Part shown: in pieces, positions 23,166-36,000 of the stretch
Layout: the number at the start of each line of letters is the position of its first letter
Numbering within the stretch: the stretch's first letter is position 1
Assembly (NCBI RefSeq): GCF_000143415.4
Contig: NW_003314267.1
Coordinates: forward strand, 358,908-422,907
DNA: 64,000 nt
Source of the DNA: Selaginella moellendorffii
Taxonomy: Eukaryota; Plantae; Lycopodiophyta
Direction of reading: 5' to 3'
Translations under genes and position numbers: made by a program
Notes under the pieces: model-generated
Databases searched by the model: none
Seen by the model: the letters and a program-made list of their open reading frames with translations, nothing else
What the model was told of the DNA's origin: nothing

Positions 23166-25442
23166 ATGGGGGGGATTTTGGCGCTCCTTGTCGCTCTAAT
23201 CGTCGGTGCATGCTTCCCGATCGCGCATGGATCCAGCTGCGATGCTGCTGCTGCTGCGCCTGGGATTTATGATGCGGTGAGAGGAAGGAGATTTCGATCG
23301 AGCGATTTTTCTTAGCTTGGAAATTTTTCTTTTCTGGCAGATGTGCTTGGCTGAGACTGATGACAGCAGCAAGATTTTGATCCGCGGAGGAACAGTGGTG
23401 AATGCCGATCGCCAGTTCCATGCGGACGTGTATATCGAGGATGGAATCATCAAATTGGTAGCTCCAGATTTGAAGGTAGCGTCCTCCTTACCCGCCCGCC
23501 CTTCTCTTGTGGATGCTAAAGAACGATTGGCATCACAGGTTCCAGACGGCGTTCGTGTAGTCGATGCGACTGGCACGTACGTAATGCCAGGTGAGGATTA
23601 ACTTCTTCTCTCGCATTTCTTTTCATTGTTTCTACATTTGTTTTTGCTTCAGGAGGGATTGATCCTCACACACACCTCGCAATGCCGTTCATGGGCCAGG
23701 AAACTTGCGACGACTTCTTCAGTGGCCAAGCCGCTGCTCTAGCCGGAGGTACAACCATGCATATTGATTTCGCACTCCCGATCGGTGGTGACCTTCTGAA
23801 GGGGTTTGAGAGCTACCGAAGAAAAGCCGAGTCCTCTTGCATGGACTACGGCTTTCATATGGCTGTTACGACCTGGAACGACAAAGTGGCACAAGACATG
23901 GAAACTCTCGTGAAAGAACATGGTGAGGTAGTTTTCGTTTTCGTATTTTACAAGTTTGTGTTGATCTCGTGCTGTAGGAATCAACTCTTTCAAATTTTTC
24001 ATGGCGTACAAGGGGAGTTTGATGGTGACGGACGAACAGCTCTTGCAAGGGTTTAAGACGTGTAAAAGCCTTGGGGCAGTACCACAAGTTCATGCGGAAA
24101 ACGGTGATGCCGTGGCCGAAGGTCAATCTCGAATCTACGACTTGGGCATCACTGGACCGGAGGGACATGCGTTGTCTCGGCCATCACTGGTAAGCAAAAC
24201 TTTTAATATTGCTTTCTTCATACTTTTCTTTTACATGCGAAGCTGGAAGGAGAAGCCACAGCACGAGCCATCAGACTTGCAAAGTTTGTAAACACGCCTC
24301 TGTATGTGGTTCACGTAATGAGCATAGATGCACTGGAAGAGATTGCTCGAGCTCGTCAAGCAGGTCGGTTTGGTATTTAGAACCTTCGTCTAAAATTGAA
24401 GCTTTGGCAGGACAACGAGTGATTGGCGAGCCAGTTGCATCTGGTTTGGTCTTGGACGACTCCAAGTTGTGGGATCCAGACTTTCGGGTAGCTGCACAGT
24501 ACGTATGCATGCTTCTAAAAGTTTCAGCTTTCAAGTTTTTCTCTCTTTGCAGATACGTGATGAGCCCTCCTATACGGCCTGCTGGACATAATGCGGCACT
24601 TCAGGCCGCCCTCTCAAGTGGATTTTTGCAGGTGAATACACTATCTACTAAATTCTAGTGCTCTAAAAATCAAGCTAACACGACGTTTCAGCTTGTCGGC
24701 ACAGATCATTGTCCTTTCAATTCATCACAAAAAGCAGCCGGCAGAGGCGATTTTCGGAAAATCCCGAATGGTGTCAATGGTAAGTTTACATCTGTGTTGC
24801 TTCAATGGTGCTTTTTTGACAATTGACTTTTTTCAGGCATAGAAGAGCGAATGCACATTGTGTGGGATGCTATGGTGGTAAGTAACAGCAGCTTCCTCAT
24901 TTTTCTAGCGTCCAATATTTTCTGGAACAGAACTCTGGGAAGATTTCTCCATCAGATTATGTTCGAATAACAAGCACTGCCTGGTGAGTGAGTCATTCTC
25001 TTGCTTTCAACTTTTTATTGATTTTAAGCTCAATCTCGCATGGCACAGTGCACAAATATTCAACATATATCCGAGGAAAGGCGCGGTGTTGCCTGGCTCA
25101 GACGCGGATCTTATCATCTTGAATCCCAACAAAACAACAACAATCTCTGCAAAAGCTCACCACTCGAATATTGACACTAACATATACGAAGGATGGCAAA
25201 TCAAGGTAATAACTTCATGCTTCATTTTATCGCGGGCACTGAGATGTTCTTCCATCTTCCAGGGGAATATAGAAGTGACCATCAGCCAAGGCAGGATTGT
25301 GTGGGAAAATGAGAGACTCAACGTTGCTAGAGGGGCCGGGAGATACGTGAAAATGGCACCATTTGGACAACTCTTTGATGGGATTGTGAAGGCAGATATT
25401 GCTTACCTCTCCTCTTTGAAGGCTCCAGTGTATAGAAAATAA
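23166..25442 (+). CDS. PYD2: Dihydropyrimidinase with N-terminal signal peptide (multi-exon)
   Basis: Exon 1 [22 protein letters not shown] splices in phase to [54 protein letters not shown] and IPNGVNGIEERM motifs. Confidence 0.95.
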
Positions 25443-25662
25443 ATGCGAGAGAGTGGATCTTGTGATGCTAACAAGGTATATAGTTTGTATATAAACAAAT
25501 GATTATAAGGATAAACCCTCAAATATTTCAGACATTGTCATTACATTATTTTAACAAGTATCGAAATGTAAAAACCCCTATTAGAAAGCTTGTATAATTC
25601 TGGATTTTGTATAAATGCCCAAGAAATAATCTCTAAAATCAAAATATTTCATTTTGTTTTGC

Positions 25663-25955
25663 ATGGTGATGGCAGATCAAAAAGCACTGCCAAGCCCAAA
25701 TGCAGTCTATCCCTACATCAGCTACTGGATTGCAAACATTCCTGCAGGCAGCTCTGGTAAGTGTTACAAACTTACCTTATCTTATCTTTGAGCTAATGTT
25801 GATTGGATCTGTTGGTGGCTTTGGCGTGAAAGGAGCTGTGAATGGGAGCATTTTGGAGCTGGCTCCTTCCAACACAAGCAACAACATCCACTACCCAAAT
25901 CCATTCAGTGCAAAGAACCACACATATGATTTCGTGCTTGTGCCACAGAGGAATC
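25663..25955 (+). pseudogene. Divergent PEBP-like (phosphatidylethanolamine-binding fold) gene relic
   Basis: MVMADQKALPSPNAVYPYISYWIANIPAG|gtaagt and, downstream, FG…NHTYDFVLVPQ resemble PEBP LVMxDPDxPSP…HWxVxxIP and HRYVFVLFxQ. No clear acceptor AG or 5' exon. Confidence 0.45.
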
Positions 25956-26403
25956 GCTTGGGACAGCCGCATTGTTCTCTCTCTGGCAGATATCATCCGG
26001 CAATATCATTGTGGAAGCCCTCTCCAGACCGTCTCGTTTACCACCTCTCTCCATTAACTGTTTTCATTTATATTGTTAAGGTACAACCCAATAAAATGAA
26101 ACATCAAGACCTATTGATCTAAAACGTATTGTCTTCATCGTTAGGGATATTTTTCAGAGGCTCCTGACTGAACAATAACAAAAAATGTTTATCATTCTTG
26201 AACTTTTGAGTGAAAATGAAATTCAAAGATAGCAAAAGAGTAAAATTATGCCTCTTGTTTTTGTTTCTTAATTGAGCAAAAAAGTGGTAAGTGAGAATAG
26301 CAAGAATGGTCATTGAGACTCACAAAATTATTCAACGAAAATCAAAGGAAGTCAATAAAAGTTAAAAATAAATAAAACTTTGAGCTGAACTCATCTCACT
26401 ACA

Positions 26404-28242
26404 TCAATCAGTTGAGGTATAAGCATTAGAAAGCAACACGTAAAACGAAGAGTCGCCACCCTCCAACTTCACTGCCTTGTCTGCGGCGGTGGCACCCTTC
26501 CTCGCATCTCCAAGAACTCGGGAAGCCGCCAGCAAAGTAGTCAATGCAACATCGTCAGGCACAAACGGCATGCTCTCGAGCAGCTCCTCGGCCTCTTGCA
26601 AGCGCCCGGCTCGCCCCAAAAGATCGAGCATGCAGAGGTAGTGATCCACCACCGGACAGATCTCATAGTCCGCCATCTTCGAGAAGAACTCGCGCCCGAT
26701 TTCCACACGCCCGACGTGGCTGCACGCCGCCAGAGCAGTGATGAACGTGATCTGATCCGGAAGCTCGCCCACAAGCTCCATCTCCCGGAACTTCTCCAGC
26801 GCTCTCTTCCCGCGGCCATTGTGATCGTAGGCCGCGATCATGGCGTTCCAGGCGACGGCGTTGCGGCTGGGCATGGCCGAGAAGACAGCCTCGGCCTCTT
26901 CCAAGCTCCCGGAGCTCCCATACATTGTCACGAGCGAGGTTCCCGCGTACTCGTCCAGCGGGAGGCCGCGATCGTCGAAGTTTGCGTGAAGGATCCTCCC
27001 GGTTCTCACGTCCGAGAGGCCACTGCAAGCCTCGAATGCGCTCGAGAAGGTGAGCTCGTCCGCTGGGAATCCCTCGAGATCCATGCGCTTGAAGAGATGG
27101 ACCGTCTCTGGGAAGTCCCCGGCGCGGGCGTAGGCCGCCACGATCGTGTTCCACGCGCTCACGCTCGCAAATCTCCCTGGCATCGAGTGGAAGAACTCCC
27201 GCGCGAGATGTAGATGGTCGCGCTGGGTGTAGCCGCACAGCATCGAGCTCCAAGAAACTCTATCTCTCTCCAGCATTCCGTCGAAGATCTTCTTAGCGCG
27301 CTGGAGCTGGCTGCTCTGGACGAAAGCCCAGATCATCGTGTTGGCGGAGATAGAGCAGTGAGACGGGATCCTCTCAAAAGTCAGCTCCGCTCGCTCGATC
27401 TCCCCGTTGCGAGCGAATGCGGAAGTCATGGCGCTCCAGCTCACGACGTTTCGGCGAAGCATTCGCGAGAAGCTTTGCTCGGCAGCGATCAAGCTCCCGC
27501 ACCTCCCATACATCGTCACCAGCGCGGTTCCTAGGTTGACGCTCGAATCAAGGAAGCCGCCGAGCTCGGCCTCGCTGTGGATGGTCTTTCCGAGCTGGAC
27601 ATCGTCGCAGGAATCTAGCACGGAGATGAGAGTGATGCTGTCCGGGTGGACTCCCTCGAGATCCAGCTTCTGAAAGAGCGCTTGCGCCTCTTTGTTATGC
27701 CCGGTTTCGGCATAGACTGCGATTATCGCGTTCCAGGCAGTAACATCCGGCTGGAAAATCGCATCAAAAACATTTCTTGCTATAACAATTTGACCGGATC
27801 GAGCGAACATAGCAATGCACAGCGTCCACGAAGCGTTATCACGTTGTGGCATGAAATTAAACACAACCTGCGCTTCATCAAAATGCCCATTAAAGGCATT
27901 TGCTGAAAACAAGATGTTCCACGAGAAAACGTTCCTGGGGGATCGCATCCGACCAAAGACAGTCCACGCATCGTCAATGCTACCGCAGATGCCATACATG
28001 TAAATTAGCATGTTGGTGAGAAACCGTGAGGTGGGCTCGAGGCCGCTCAGCGCGATGTAGTGGTGGAGATGCCGCCCTTGGGGAAGAAGAGTACATTTTC
28101 GGAGGAGAGAGGCAAAGAAAGAGGGATCGGGAGACTCTGGGAGATTGGAAAGCTCCTCTTCCTGGAGCTGACCGATGCAATGCGGGTGCTCGTGGCGGCC
28201 GCTGTTCTTCCTCCTGGATCGCAGCGTCTTCCGCAATGCCAT
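26404..28242 (-). CDS. PLS-class PPR protein with E domain (no DYW)
   Basis: Intronless 612-aa ORF with RNVVSW repeats, ACSHVGRV, HYLCMLDLLGRAGRL and YVLLSNAY. Confidence 0.92.
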   Translation of the reverse strand: MALRKTLRSRRKNSGRHEHPHCIGQLQEEELSNLPESPDPSFFASLLRKCTLLPQGRHLHHYIALSGLEPTSRFLTNMLIYMYGICGSIDDAWTVFGRMRSPRNVFSWNILFSANAFNGHFDEAQVVFNFMPQRDNASWTLCIAMFARSGQIVIARNVFDAIFQPDVTAWNAIIAVYAETGHNKEAQALFQKLDLEGVHPDSITLISVLDSCDDVQLGKTIHSEAELGGFLDSSVNLGTALVTMYGRCGSLIAAEQSFSRMLRRNVVSWSAMTSAFARNGEIERAELTFERIPSHCSISANTMIWAFVQSSQLQRAKKIFDGMLERDRVSWSSMLCGYTQRDHLHLAREFFHSMPGRFASVSAWNTIVAAYARAGDFPETVHLFKRMDLEGFPADELTFSSAFEACSGLSDVRTGRILHANFDDRGLPLDEYAGTSLVTMYGSSGSLEEAEAVFSAMPSRNAVAWNAMIAAYDHNGRGKRALEKFREMELVGELPDQITFITALAACSHVGRVEIGREFFSKMADYEICPVVDHYLCMLDLLGRAGRLQEAEELLESMPFVPDDVALTTLLAASRVLGDARKGATAADKAVKLEGGDSSFYVLLSNAYTSTD

Positions 28243-28312
28243 TCATGGTTGCCCAAGAGCCTAGAACCCTAGAAGGCAAAGAACCCTAAATTTGAATTCT
28301 TTCTCGTTGGCT

Positions 28313-29033
28313 ATGGCGTCGCATGGCAATGCGGCTAATCGTGTCGCCCTCGCGTCGATTCTTCTCGCCTTCTGCGTCGCCGGATTTGGAATCCCCACTC
28401 CAACGCCGTGGCCGGAGCAATTCCACGCGCTGCTCTTCCAGAATTCGAGCGGCAAGCTCTCCACGATCGACCTGTGGTATGATTTCCCGAATGGCAGGAA
28501 CTTCAATATCATCCACTCGCAGCTGGGATCCACGCTGTACGATCTCGAGTGGACAAATGGTACCTCTTTCTACTACGATCTCGACGCCGGCAGCTGCAAG
28601 ACGATGCATTTCCCAGTGGGGATTTTGTCACCAGATTGGCTGGTGAGCAATTCCACCTACATTGGTGTGGAGAAAGTGGGAGGATTCACTTGCAATGTCT
28701 GGTCCAAGGCCGACGGTTTCATCGTCTACTACGAGGATGTGGAGACGAAGAGGCCTGTGCACTGGCTCTTCTTCACAGGTATAGTCTCTTTTCTTTCGCT
28801 CTCGTGTAAGAACTAAGAATGCAAATCTTCCAGGGATGTCACAGTATGTCATGACTTTCGAGCCAGGCAAGGTGCTCGAGGACGAAGCCTGGCAAGCTCC
28901 ATGGTACTGCTTTGATAGCGAAGATAACGAGAGTTTCCAAGAAAATGGAGGTGATCTAAAGGTACCAAATGAGCTCTGGAGCGTTCTCAAGCACACGACA
29001 CTCTTGGATATGGCGGAAAGATCTCGTATGTGA
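28313..29033 (+). CDS. Secreted uncharacterised At4g14100-like protein, copy 1 (2 exons)
   Basis: Signal peptide followed by [11 protein letters not shown]…[11 protein letters not shown]…[12 protein letters not shown]…GILSPDWL…CNVWSK…WQAPWYCF. Intron 28779-28833. Confidence 0.85.
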
Positions 29034-29073
29034 CAAACTTTATTTCAAGGTGAACACTATCGAATTTGTTTTT

Positions 29074-29772
29074 CTAGCCAGAGGGAGTGAAGATTGACTT
29101 GAGCTGCTGTATGGCCTTCTTGTTGAGAAAGAAGGTCTTCATCAACACCTCGTCCAGGATTTTGGATCCAAACATGGAGTTGGCGATCAGCTGAAAGCCA
29201 GGGAACTGCGAGTTGAGCGTAACGATCCCCACTGCGCTGGTGTTTCCAACGTTGAGCTGCCAGTGGATCAAACCCCGGGGGAAGATCATCACGTCGCCTT
29301 TGGAGATGACCCGAGCGAAGAGCTTGTTGTCCGTGGTGACAAACCCGGCGTACATGCTCCCCTTCACGACGTAGATCATCTCGGACGCGCGGGGATGGGT
29401 GTGAGGAGCAATCAAGCCGCCTTTCGCGAAGTCGAGCCTCGCGATGGAGAGGCCGAGCGAGTTGAGAGCCGGGTACTCGTTGACGGATCCAAACACCGCT
29501 GCAGCGCCGAGTGGAGTGTTCGTTTTGGCTGAACGCTTGAGGGCGCCAAAGATGAAGTCCTCGGTGGTGGTGTTGGAGGCTTTTTTGCAAGGGAAGCCAT
29601 TGATGGTGAGATCCTTGGAGAGGTCAGCGACGCAAAAGTCTTGCAGTGGATCTGGATCGGCGGCATTGACACGGATCGAGAATGAAAGAGAGACGATCAT
29701 GATCGTCATCATCAGCAGCAGTGACAACGAATTCATGGATTTTGGGACCACCATCTTCTTCGGAGTGTTCAT
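29074..29772 (-). CDS. Germin-like protein (cupin), copy 1
   Basis: Signal peptide, DPDPLQDFCVAD, germin box PHTHPRASE and FPRGLIHWQ. The true start may be a downstream Met. Confidence 0.95.
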   Translation of the reverse strand: MNTPKKMVVPKSMNSLSLLLMMTIMIVSLSFSIRVNAADPDPLQDFCVADLSKDLTINGFPCKKASNTTTEDFIFGALKRSAKTNTPLGAAAVFGSVNEYPALNSLGLSIARLDFAKGGLIAPHTHPRASEMIYVVKGSMYAGFVTTDNKLFARVISKGDVMIFPRGLIHWQLNVGNTSAVGIVTLNSQFPGFQLIANSMFGSKILDEVLMKTFFLNKKAIQQLKSIFTPSG

Positions 29773-30561
29773 AAGAACATGGAAACTTTTGGAAGAGATC
29801 TATAAGAACTCGTGATGACTAAAGGAAAGAGATTGGAGCTGCACTTATACGCGAGAATTGACTTCGTTTTCACGCAAATGCAAATGCGGGACATGCTCTT
29901 GAGGTTTTGCGGAGCGTGAAAGTTTTCAGATTGACTTTATGGCTTCCAAGTTGATCTTTAAATTCCCAGTTAACGTGTACTAGCGTTTAGTCACTGATAG
30001 ATAACGTTTGGACCCGGCAAAGTCTAGCGAGATGGAGGGCGTGAAGTTACTACAAACAGCTATCCAAAGTTTTTAAAATTTTCCCGGGAACAATCTTAAT
30101 CACGAGATGGACTGCATGTTTCCATGTCTGTTCTCGCAAACCATTCGGCCAGCCGAATGGATTTTTTCTAATTACTTTTTCAATAGGAATTTTTAAAACA
30201 TAATGGATATTCTTAGTATATAGGGAGCACCACCTTTTCCAAAATATAAAATCTCTGGATTCAAAGGAAAATGTTTGATGAGGATAGCATTTCAATCCTC
30301 GAGGCTTGGAGTAGCTATACAGTCACTCGAAGCGAAAGCTTGTCACCTACAGCTCAACGTCAGACGAGCACCACCTCAGTGTCAGCAGCGTCACACTGTC
30401 GGATTTACAGTCAGCTATTCCAGTGTGGGGATTCTGATCAAATTCTTACGTACAGAGAAATTGAATCGTGGTAAAGGAGCTACTACATTCTCATCCACAT
30501 GAAATTCGCTCTTCTTTGATTCCTCCTAGCCCGACAAGAGGGGAAGAACCCTAAACCCTAA

Positions 30562-31998
30562 ATGTGGGTGGGAGCATTCTTCATCGTCTTTCTCGCCGCG
30601 GTCGCTGGATCATCTTGCGGCGCTGCTCGATTGTACCGCTTCCCACTGTCGAACAGGGTTGCGATCCAGGACTGGAGGCCATTCAATGTCGCTCATCGCG
30701 GATCAAATGGGGAAATTCCAGAGGAAACGGCACTGGCGTATAAGGTGAGTAGTGAAGTTTGGGAGCCATGGATTACTTTAATTTTCTCCGTCCAGAGAGC
30801 AATCGAGGAAGGAGCCGATTTTATAGAAGCGGATATCACAGCTACAAAGGATTGCGTTCTTATTTGCTTCCACGATCCAATTCTCGATGATGTCACGGAC
30901 ATTGCTGCGCATCCGGAATTTAGAGGGCGAAGAGCTACGTACGAATTCGAGGGACAAAATCTCACAGGCTTCTTTGTTGGTATGTTCATTCCTCTGTATC
31001 TCATCATCTCCCTTCTTTGTATAGTGGACTTTACATTTGAAGAGCTTCAAAGACTAAGACTTCGCCAGCGGTATAGCTTTCGGGATCCTTCATTCAACGG
31101 TGATTTTTCTTTCTAGAAAAAGTTTCTGGACACGTTATCGAGTGCTTTGCAGGAAAGCTTCAAATCATCACATTCGAACGTTTTATCTCAATCGCCTTGG
31201 AGGCGTCTCGCACAGTTGGAATCTATCCGGAAATCAAGAGTCCGGTCTTCATGAACAAACATGTAAGTGAGAAAAAAAACAATCTTTTCTTCTCTCTTGT
31301 GTTTGTTTTTTCTTAAAAATGAAATCGTTTCTGCAAACAGGTACAGTGGCCTCAAGGCAAGAGAGTGGAAGATTCATTCATGGAAATCCTACAGAAGTAT
31401 GGCTACAAAGGAAAATATAAGTCGGACGAGTGGAACAAGCAGCCAATCTTTATACAAAGCTTTGCTCCAACGTCGCTTATGTACATCTCGAACATCACAG
31501 ACTCTCCAAAGATCTTTCTGATCGACGATTACACGGTTCGTACGCAAGACACAAACCAGGTATCCACAAACCAAAGTCGATTGTATGCTGAAAAGCTTCA
31601 ATTGTGGCAGAGTTATGCAGAGATAACATCAAACAGATACTTGGATTTCATCAGCAACTATGTTGTTGGCATTGGACCCTGGAAGGATACGATAGTGCCT
31701 CCAAACATCACCACTGGTTATTTGATGAACGCGACGCACCTGGTTTCAAGAGCTCACTCTCGGCATCTCCAGGTTTGGCCGCTCCAAATTTTCTTACCTT
31801 TCGCTACCCTCGATTTTGTCTGTTCTTAAGGTTCATCCCTACACGTTTAGGAACGAGAACCAGTTCTTACATTTTGATTTTCATGAGGATCCATACGAGG
31901 AATTCGAATACTGGATCAAGACTGTTAAAGTCGATGGACTCTTCACGGATTTTCCAGGGAGCTTGCACAGGTATCAGGAGTGGAACTCCAAAGAGTAG
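30562..31998 (+). CDS. Glycerophosphodiester phosphodiesterase (GDPD5/6-like), multi-exon
   Basis: AHRGSNGEIPEET, GADFIEADI, ICFHD, GIYPEIK, FIQSFAPTSL, VHPYTFRNE and DGLFTDF motifs. Telo-box aaccctaaacccta immediately upstream. Confidence 0.94.
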
Positions 31999-32072
31999 TG
32001 AAAAACAGTGGCAGTAACGTTTTAATATTCACATTTCCTTGCCAATTTTGGTGAAGAACCTGAAATCCATAG

Positions 32073-33086
32073 GGGGATATTTTTGTTGGCTATGGCAATG
32101 CGCCTGTGCCGCCCAGGGGTGCTGAACAGCCGAACTCACGGCATTCACCCATGTGTCTACAAAATATCTGAATCTGCCACGTGGCCACCTAGGCAAGTCT
32201 TTAAGAAACGTGGAAATGGCTATAGCAGGGGAGGTTAATTAAATCCAAGGCTACCCACCTCGCTTGTTAATTGGAAAGATTAACTAGTCGAGTTAATTCC
32301 TTATTGTACTAAATGTTACATAAGAGAAGATGAAGTAATGTGCTCAAAGAGGAGGGGATGCTTGGGGGCACTATGTTTTCACTGGCCAACTGCAAGCTAT
32401 CTTGGAATTGGTAGAACGGGGGCTCCAAAGTGCCAGGCAAAGTGCAATTGCGCCTAATCGCCCATTATCACACACCCTTGTAGAAAAAAGATCAAGAACA
32501 CTTTTTTATTCTTTAGATTTGCTCATGGCTATTGTGTTATTGCCACCAACATTCTCTCATGCTCCAGAATTCTCCCTTAAACTCTCTCAATCCTCCTAGA
32601 AGAATACTCTAAAGATCTAACTCCTTAAGCACACTCTTAAATTCACAATTATTATTCCTAGGGATATTGTGTTGCCACTAGCAACACACACAAGCATTTT
32701 ATATTTGCACAAGCAGGTTGTTAAACACTTTTAAATGCTTCAAGAAAGAGGTGAGGCCTAGCCTTGAAGACACACTGTAAACCTAGCAATGCAAGTGTGT
32801 AGAAGCCCAACTTCTAATTTAGAAAATAGATCCCTCATCCAGCTTCCCAGAGGCAATCTTATCCCTAACACGTGAGCTCAGCTACACTAGGAGGCCAAGC
32901 CTAACCCTTTTCTATCATCACCTTCCTTTATACAGTTGATTTTCCCAGATTTCTTGGCCAAAGCACTACAAACAGCATTGACCTCTAGTGTGATTTCCTA
33001 AATATTAGGTACTTCAAGTGGTAGGATCCACACTCTACGATCTCAAGTGGACAACAACACCTCCTTCTACAATCTTGATGCCAGCA
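32073..33086 (+). pseudogene. Interrupted, heavily decayed At4g14100-like copy (pieces at ~32073-32103 and ~32956-33086)
   Basis: ggggatattttt…ggctatggcaatgcg matches the start of the copy at 49373-49409. ggatccacactctacgatctcaagtggacaa matches [10 protein letters not shown]. About 850 bp of unrelated DNA lies between them. Confidence 0.65.
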
Positions 33087-36000
33087 CACAAATGATATTA
33101 AACATGTAGTGTGCTCATGGTCATGTGTCCTTGTTTGAACAGTTCACAATGAAGTTGATCCAAAAGCACCAACTTTTATCTCTTACAAATGGAATAGAAG
33201 TCATTTTTTAGGGCAGAAACCATAAACCCTAAACCCTGTAGACAAATACACAGGTGTTCAAGAACAGTGGTAAAGAAGCAAGTGTGTTGTTGTAGCACTT
33301 GCATAGTCAATTAATTGCATTGCCACTTGAACCTCAAGACATTATTTCCCAGGTAAATACTTTGACATGACAGGATGTTTTCTATGTGATTCCTTTGAGG
33401 CAGAATGGCTCTAGACTGATTAAAAATTCCTTTAGCTTCATCTTGGTTGCACCTTTCACATAGAACAATTTCCATTGAAAACTTGGTCATGGCTTCAACT
33501 TTAAAGAAAAAAGTAAATATGGAGTATGTGTAATTTAAGGGTTTATTTATTCAGTTTTAGGGCTAACTGGTAGTGTATATTCTTAGATTATTTATTATTT
33601 TATTGAGGAAAGTAAGGAAAATTTTAAATAAATATACCAATTATCACAAAAAGGAATAAAAAGAACTAGCAATAATAACAAAGAATTTTTCAAATTTTTA
33701 TAGTTGATGTTGAAATTGAAATTCCTAGGCAGCTTCTACAACTTTTTAATCCCTTTATATCAATAGAGCAAAGTACTTTAGTTTGTTTTTGGCTTGAAAA
33801 TCAAATGTAAACATTGATAACTAACAATAAATTTTCTTTTGTGGCAAGTCAAACTTTGGGTGATGAATAAGAACATATATGCATTACACAGCTTAATTTT
33901 CTATTAACTAACATAGAGGAAAACAATTCACCCTTGAAGCCTTTCTTTAATCCAGCTGTATAAAGGGTGTAAGACCATTTCTATACAAGACCAAATGGTG
34001 CCACTTAAGCAAAACCATTTGGCAACAAAAAAGATATTATTGGATTAACCCTAATTGTGTAGATGATAAAAAGATTGAATTTAATTTTCCAATACTAATC
34101 AATTTTCAAGGATGCCCAATGGTGTATTTTGGGTGCCCTTACTCAGTTAATGAATTGTGTGTTAGGCAACCCTGAAAAACACCATTTGGTATGAATGGTG
34201 TTTTTTGGGTTGTAATTGGGAGTAAACAACCTACATACCATTTATAGGTAGAATTCGGAGAAAAATGAGTTATTATTTTTGTCATAGAATGTACAAAGTT
34301 AAGGAAGGCTCACACCTACAGTTAGAGTTGATTTGGCATTAGCCACTGCCACATTTTTATCATTTAAGTGTGTTATGAGTGATTACATTGTTTATAGATC
34401 TCAAGAGGCTAAATTTAGTTGTAATGAACTCTATATTTTTGTGAAAGAGAGCTTTATAAATCTTAGTCCTATTATCTCATGCCAACTTTGTAAAGACTTG
34501 AGAGTTTAAGCTTGAATATCTCATTTGAGAAATTGCATGATGGAAAAGAAAATATAACAAACAAAATATGGAAAGAAAACAAAAAAACTATGCACACAGA
34601 GCTGATGATCTGCCTTGCTTGAGTGCTGAAATCTCTCCCTCTCAGCCGTGGTGACACTCTCACCTTCATGCCATGCTTCCCCGACACCAATCCGGATATG
34701 ATGTTGTTGTCAACGATGATCCAGAAGCCCCAAGCGGATCATGGCTTTTAGGCAAATCAGTGAAGCTTAGGACCGGGACAGAAGGCTGAAACAAAATAAA
34801 GAAAAGATGGAAAGATGGAAAACAATTGGCACTTTGCCATCAAAATAAAAGGAAACTTGCTTACAACTCAGCCCAACTTATAAATGCTTCATTTTCACTC
34901 AAACCACTCAAAGATCTCAAATGTACTATACCTCGAAAGAAATTAGAAATAGAACTCTACTAGACTCAAGAAAGATCAAGATTTTAAACACTAGAACATG
35001 TGCTTAAATAAAGTTTTCTAATAATGAGTGTAAGGTGAGAAGAAACTAGAGCTTTGGTTTCACTCTCTCTCACTCTTTCACTTTCGATTCCTTTGAGTTT
35101 TGAGTTCTTGATGACCAGATTGGAGGGAGGACCAAGTCGAGCGAGACTATGAGATATAGAAACTTTTAAGCACTTCTTGCAGTGCTAACTGTTTTTTTGC
35201 TTTTTTTTGTCTTTCATATTCAATCTTCCTAGTGAAAGAGAGAGCTAGTTGAAGAAAGAACACAAAAAGAAAGTCAAAGAAAGTTGTGATTAAAGAGACA
35301 CAACAAAAAGACAAGAAAATCTCTCAACCAAATCTTCTCAAAGTGATGATTTAAGAAAACTTTCTTAGAGATTCTATTCTAGAGCTCCTAATGTCTATGG
35401 ATGGTGAAAAAATGGATGATACACTCCAAAGATGATGTGTGTTTTTTATTGTATGTCTATGTATGTGTGGTAATGTTGTTTGCTCAATCACTCTTTGAAA
35501 GCATTTGACACATAAATGGAGAGTTGAAACCCAGCCATAATATAACTAAGAGGAATGAAGGTGAATTCTCACTAAACTTGTTGCAAGGAGAGTGTGATGA
35601 AGTTATGATTGTCACTACTCGATAGCTCCTTGGAGGATGACACAGAGGCTGCATCAAACTAAAATCTACCTACCCAAGAAGTCAGAATGTCATGATACAA
35701 ATTGGGCCATTGCACCCTTTGGTGGTTCCTTCACCCCAAAAAGTAACTTACTTGGTCAGACATAACTTTTGTCAAGAAGCTCCATAAGTTGCTTCTTGAG
35801 TTCAACCATCTCATGTTCTAATGATATAGAGCTTTTATAGGTGGTTTAAAACCTAGAATAATCTCAATCTGATGATCAGTATCATAACTAAGAGGTTACC
35901 CTAGTAGTAAATCCTTTGGAAAGATATCTTGATTCTTTGCCAACAATTTCAATATTTCCTTTGGTACAGAATCAACCTTGTTACCAATTCGAATTGAGTC

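Noticed and set aside
31560-31610. GTATCC donor in GDPD as a U12 intron
   Set aside because: It continues GTATCCAC rather than GTATCCTT and has no CCTTAAC branch site.
32105-32930. Possible solo LTR interrupting the At4g14100-like relic
   Set aside because: It starts with TG, but I found no matching TSD, convincing terminal inverted repeat or second copy, so it is left unclassified.
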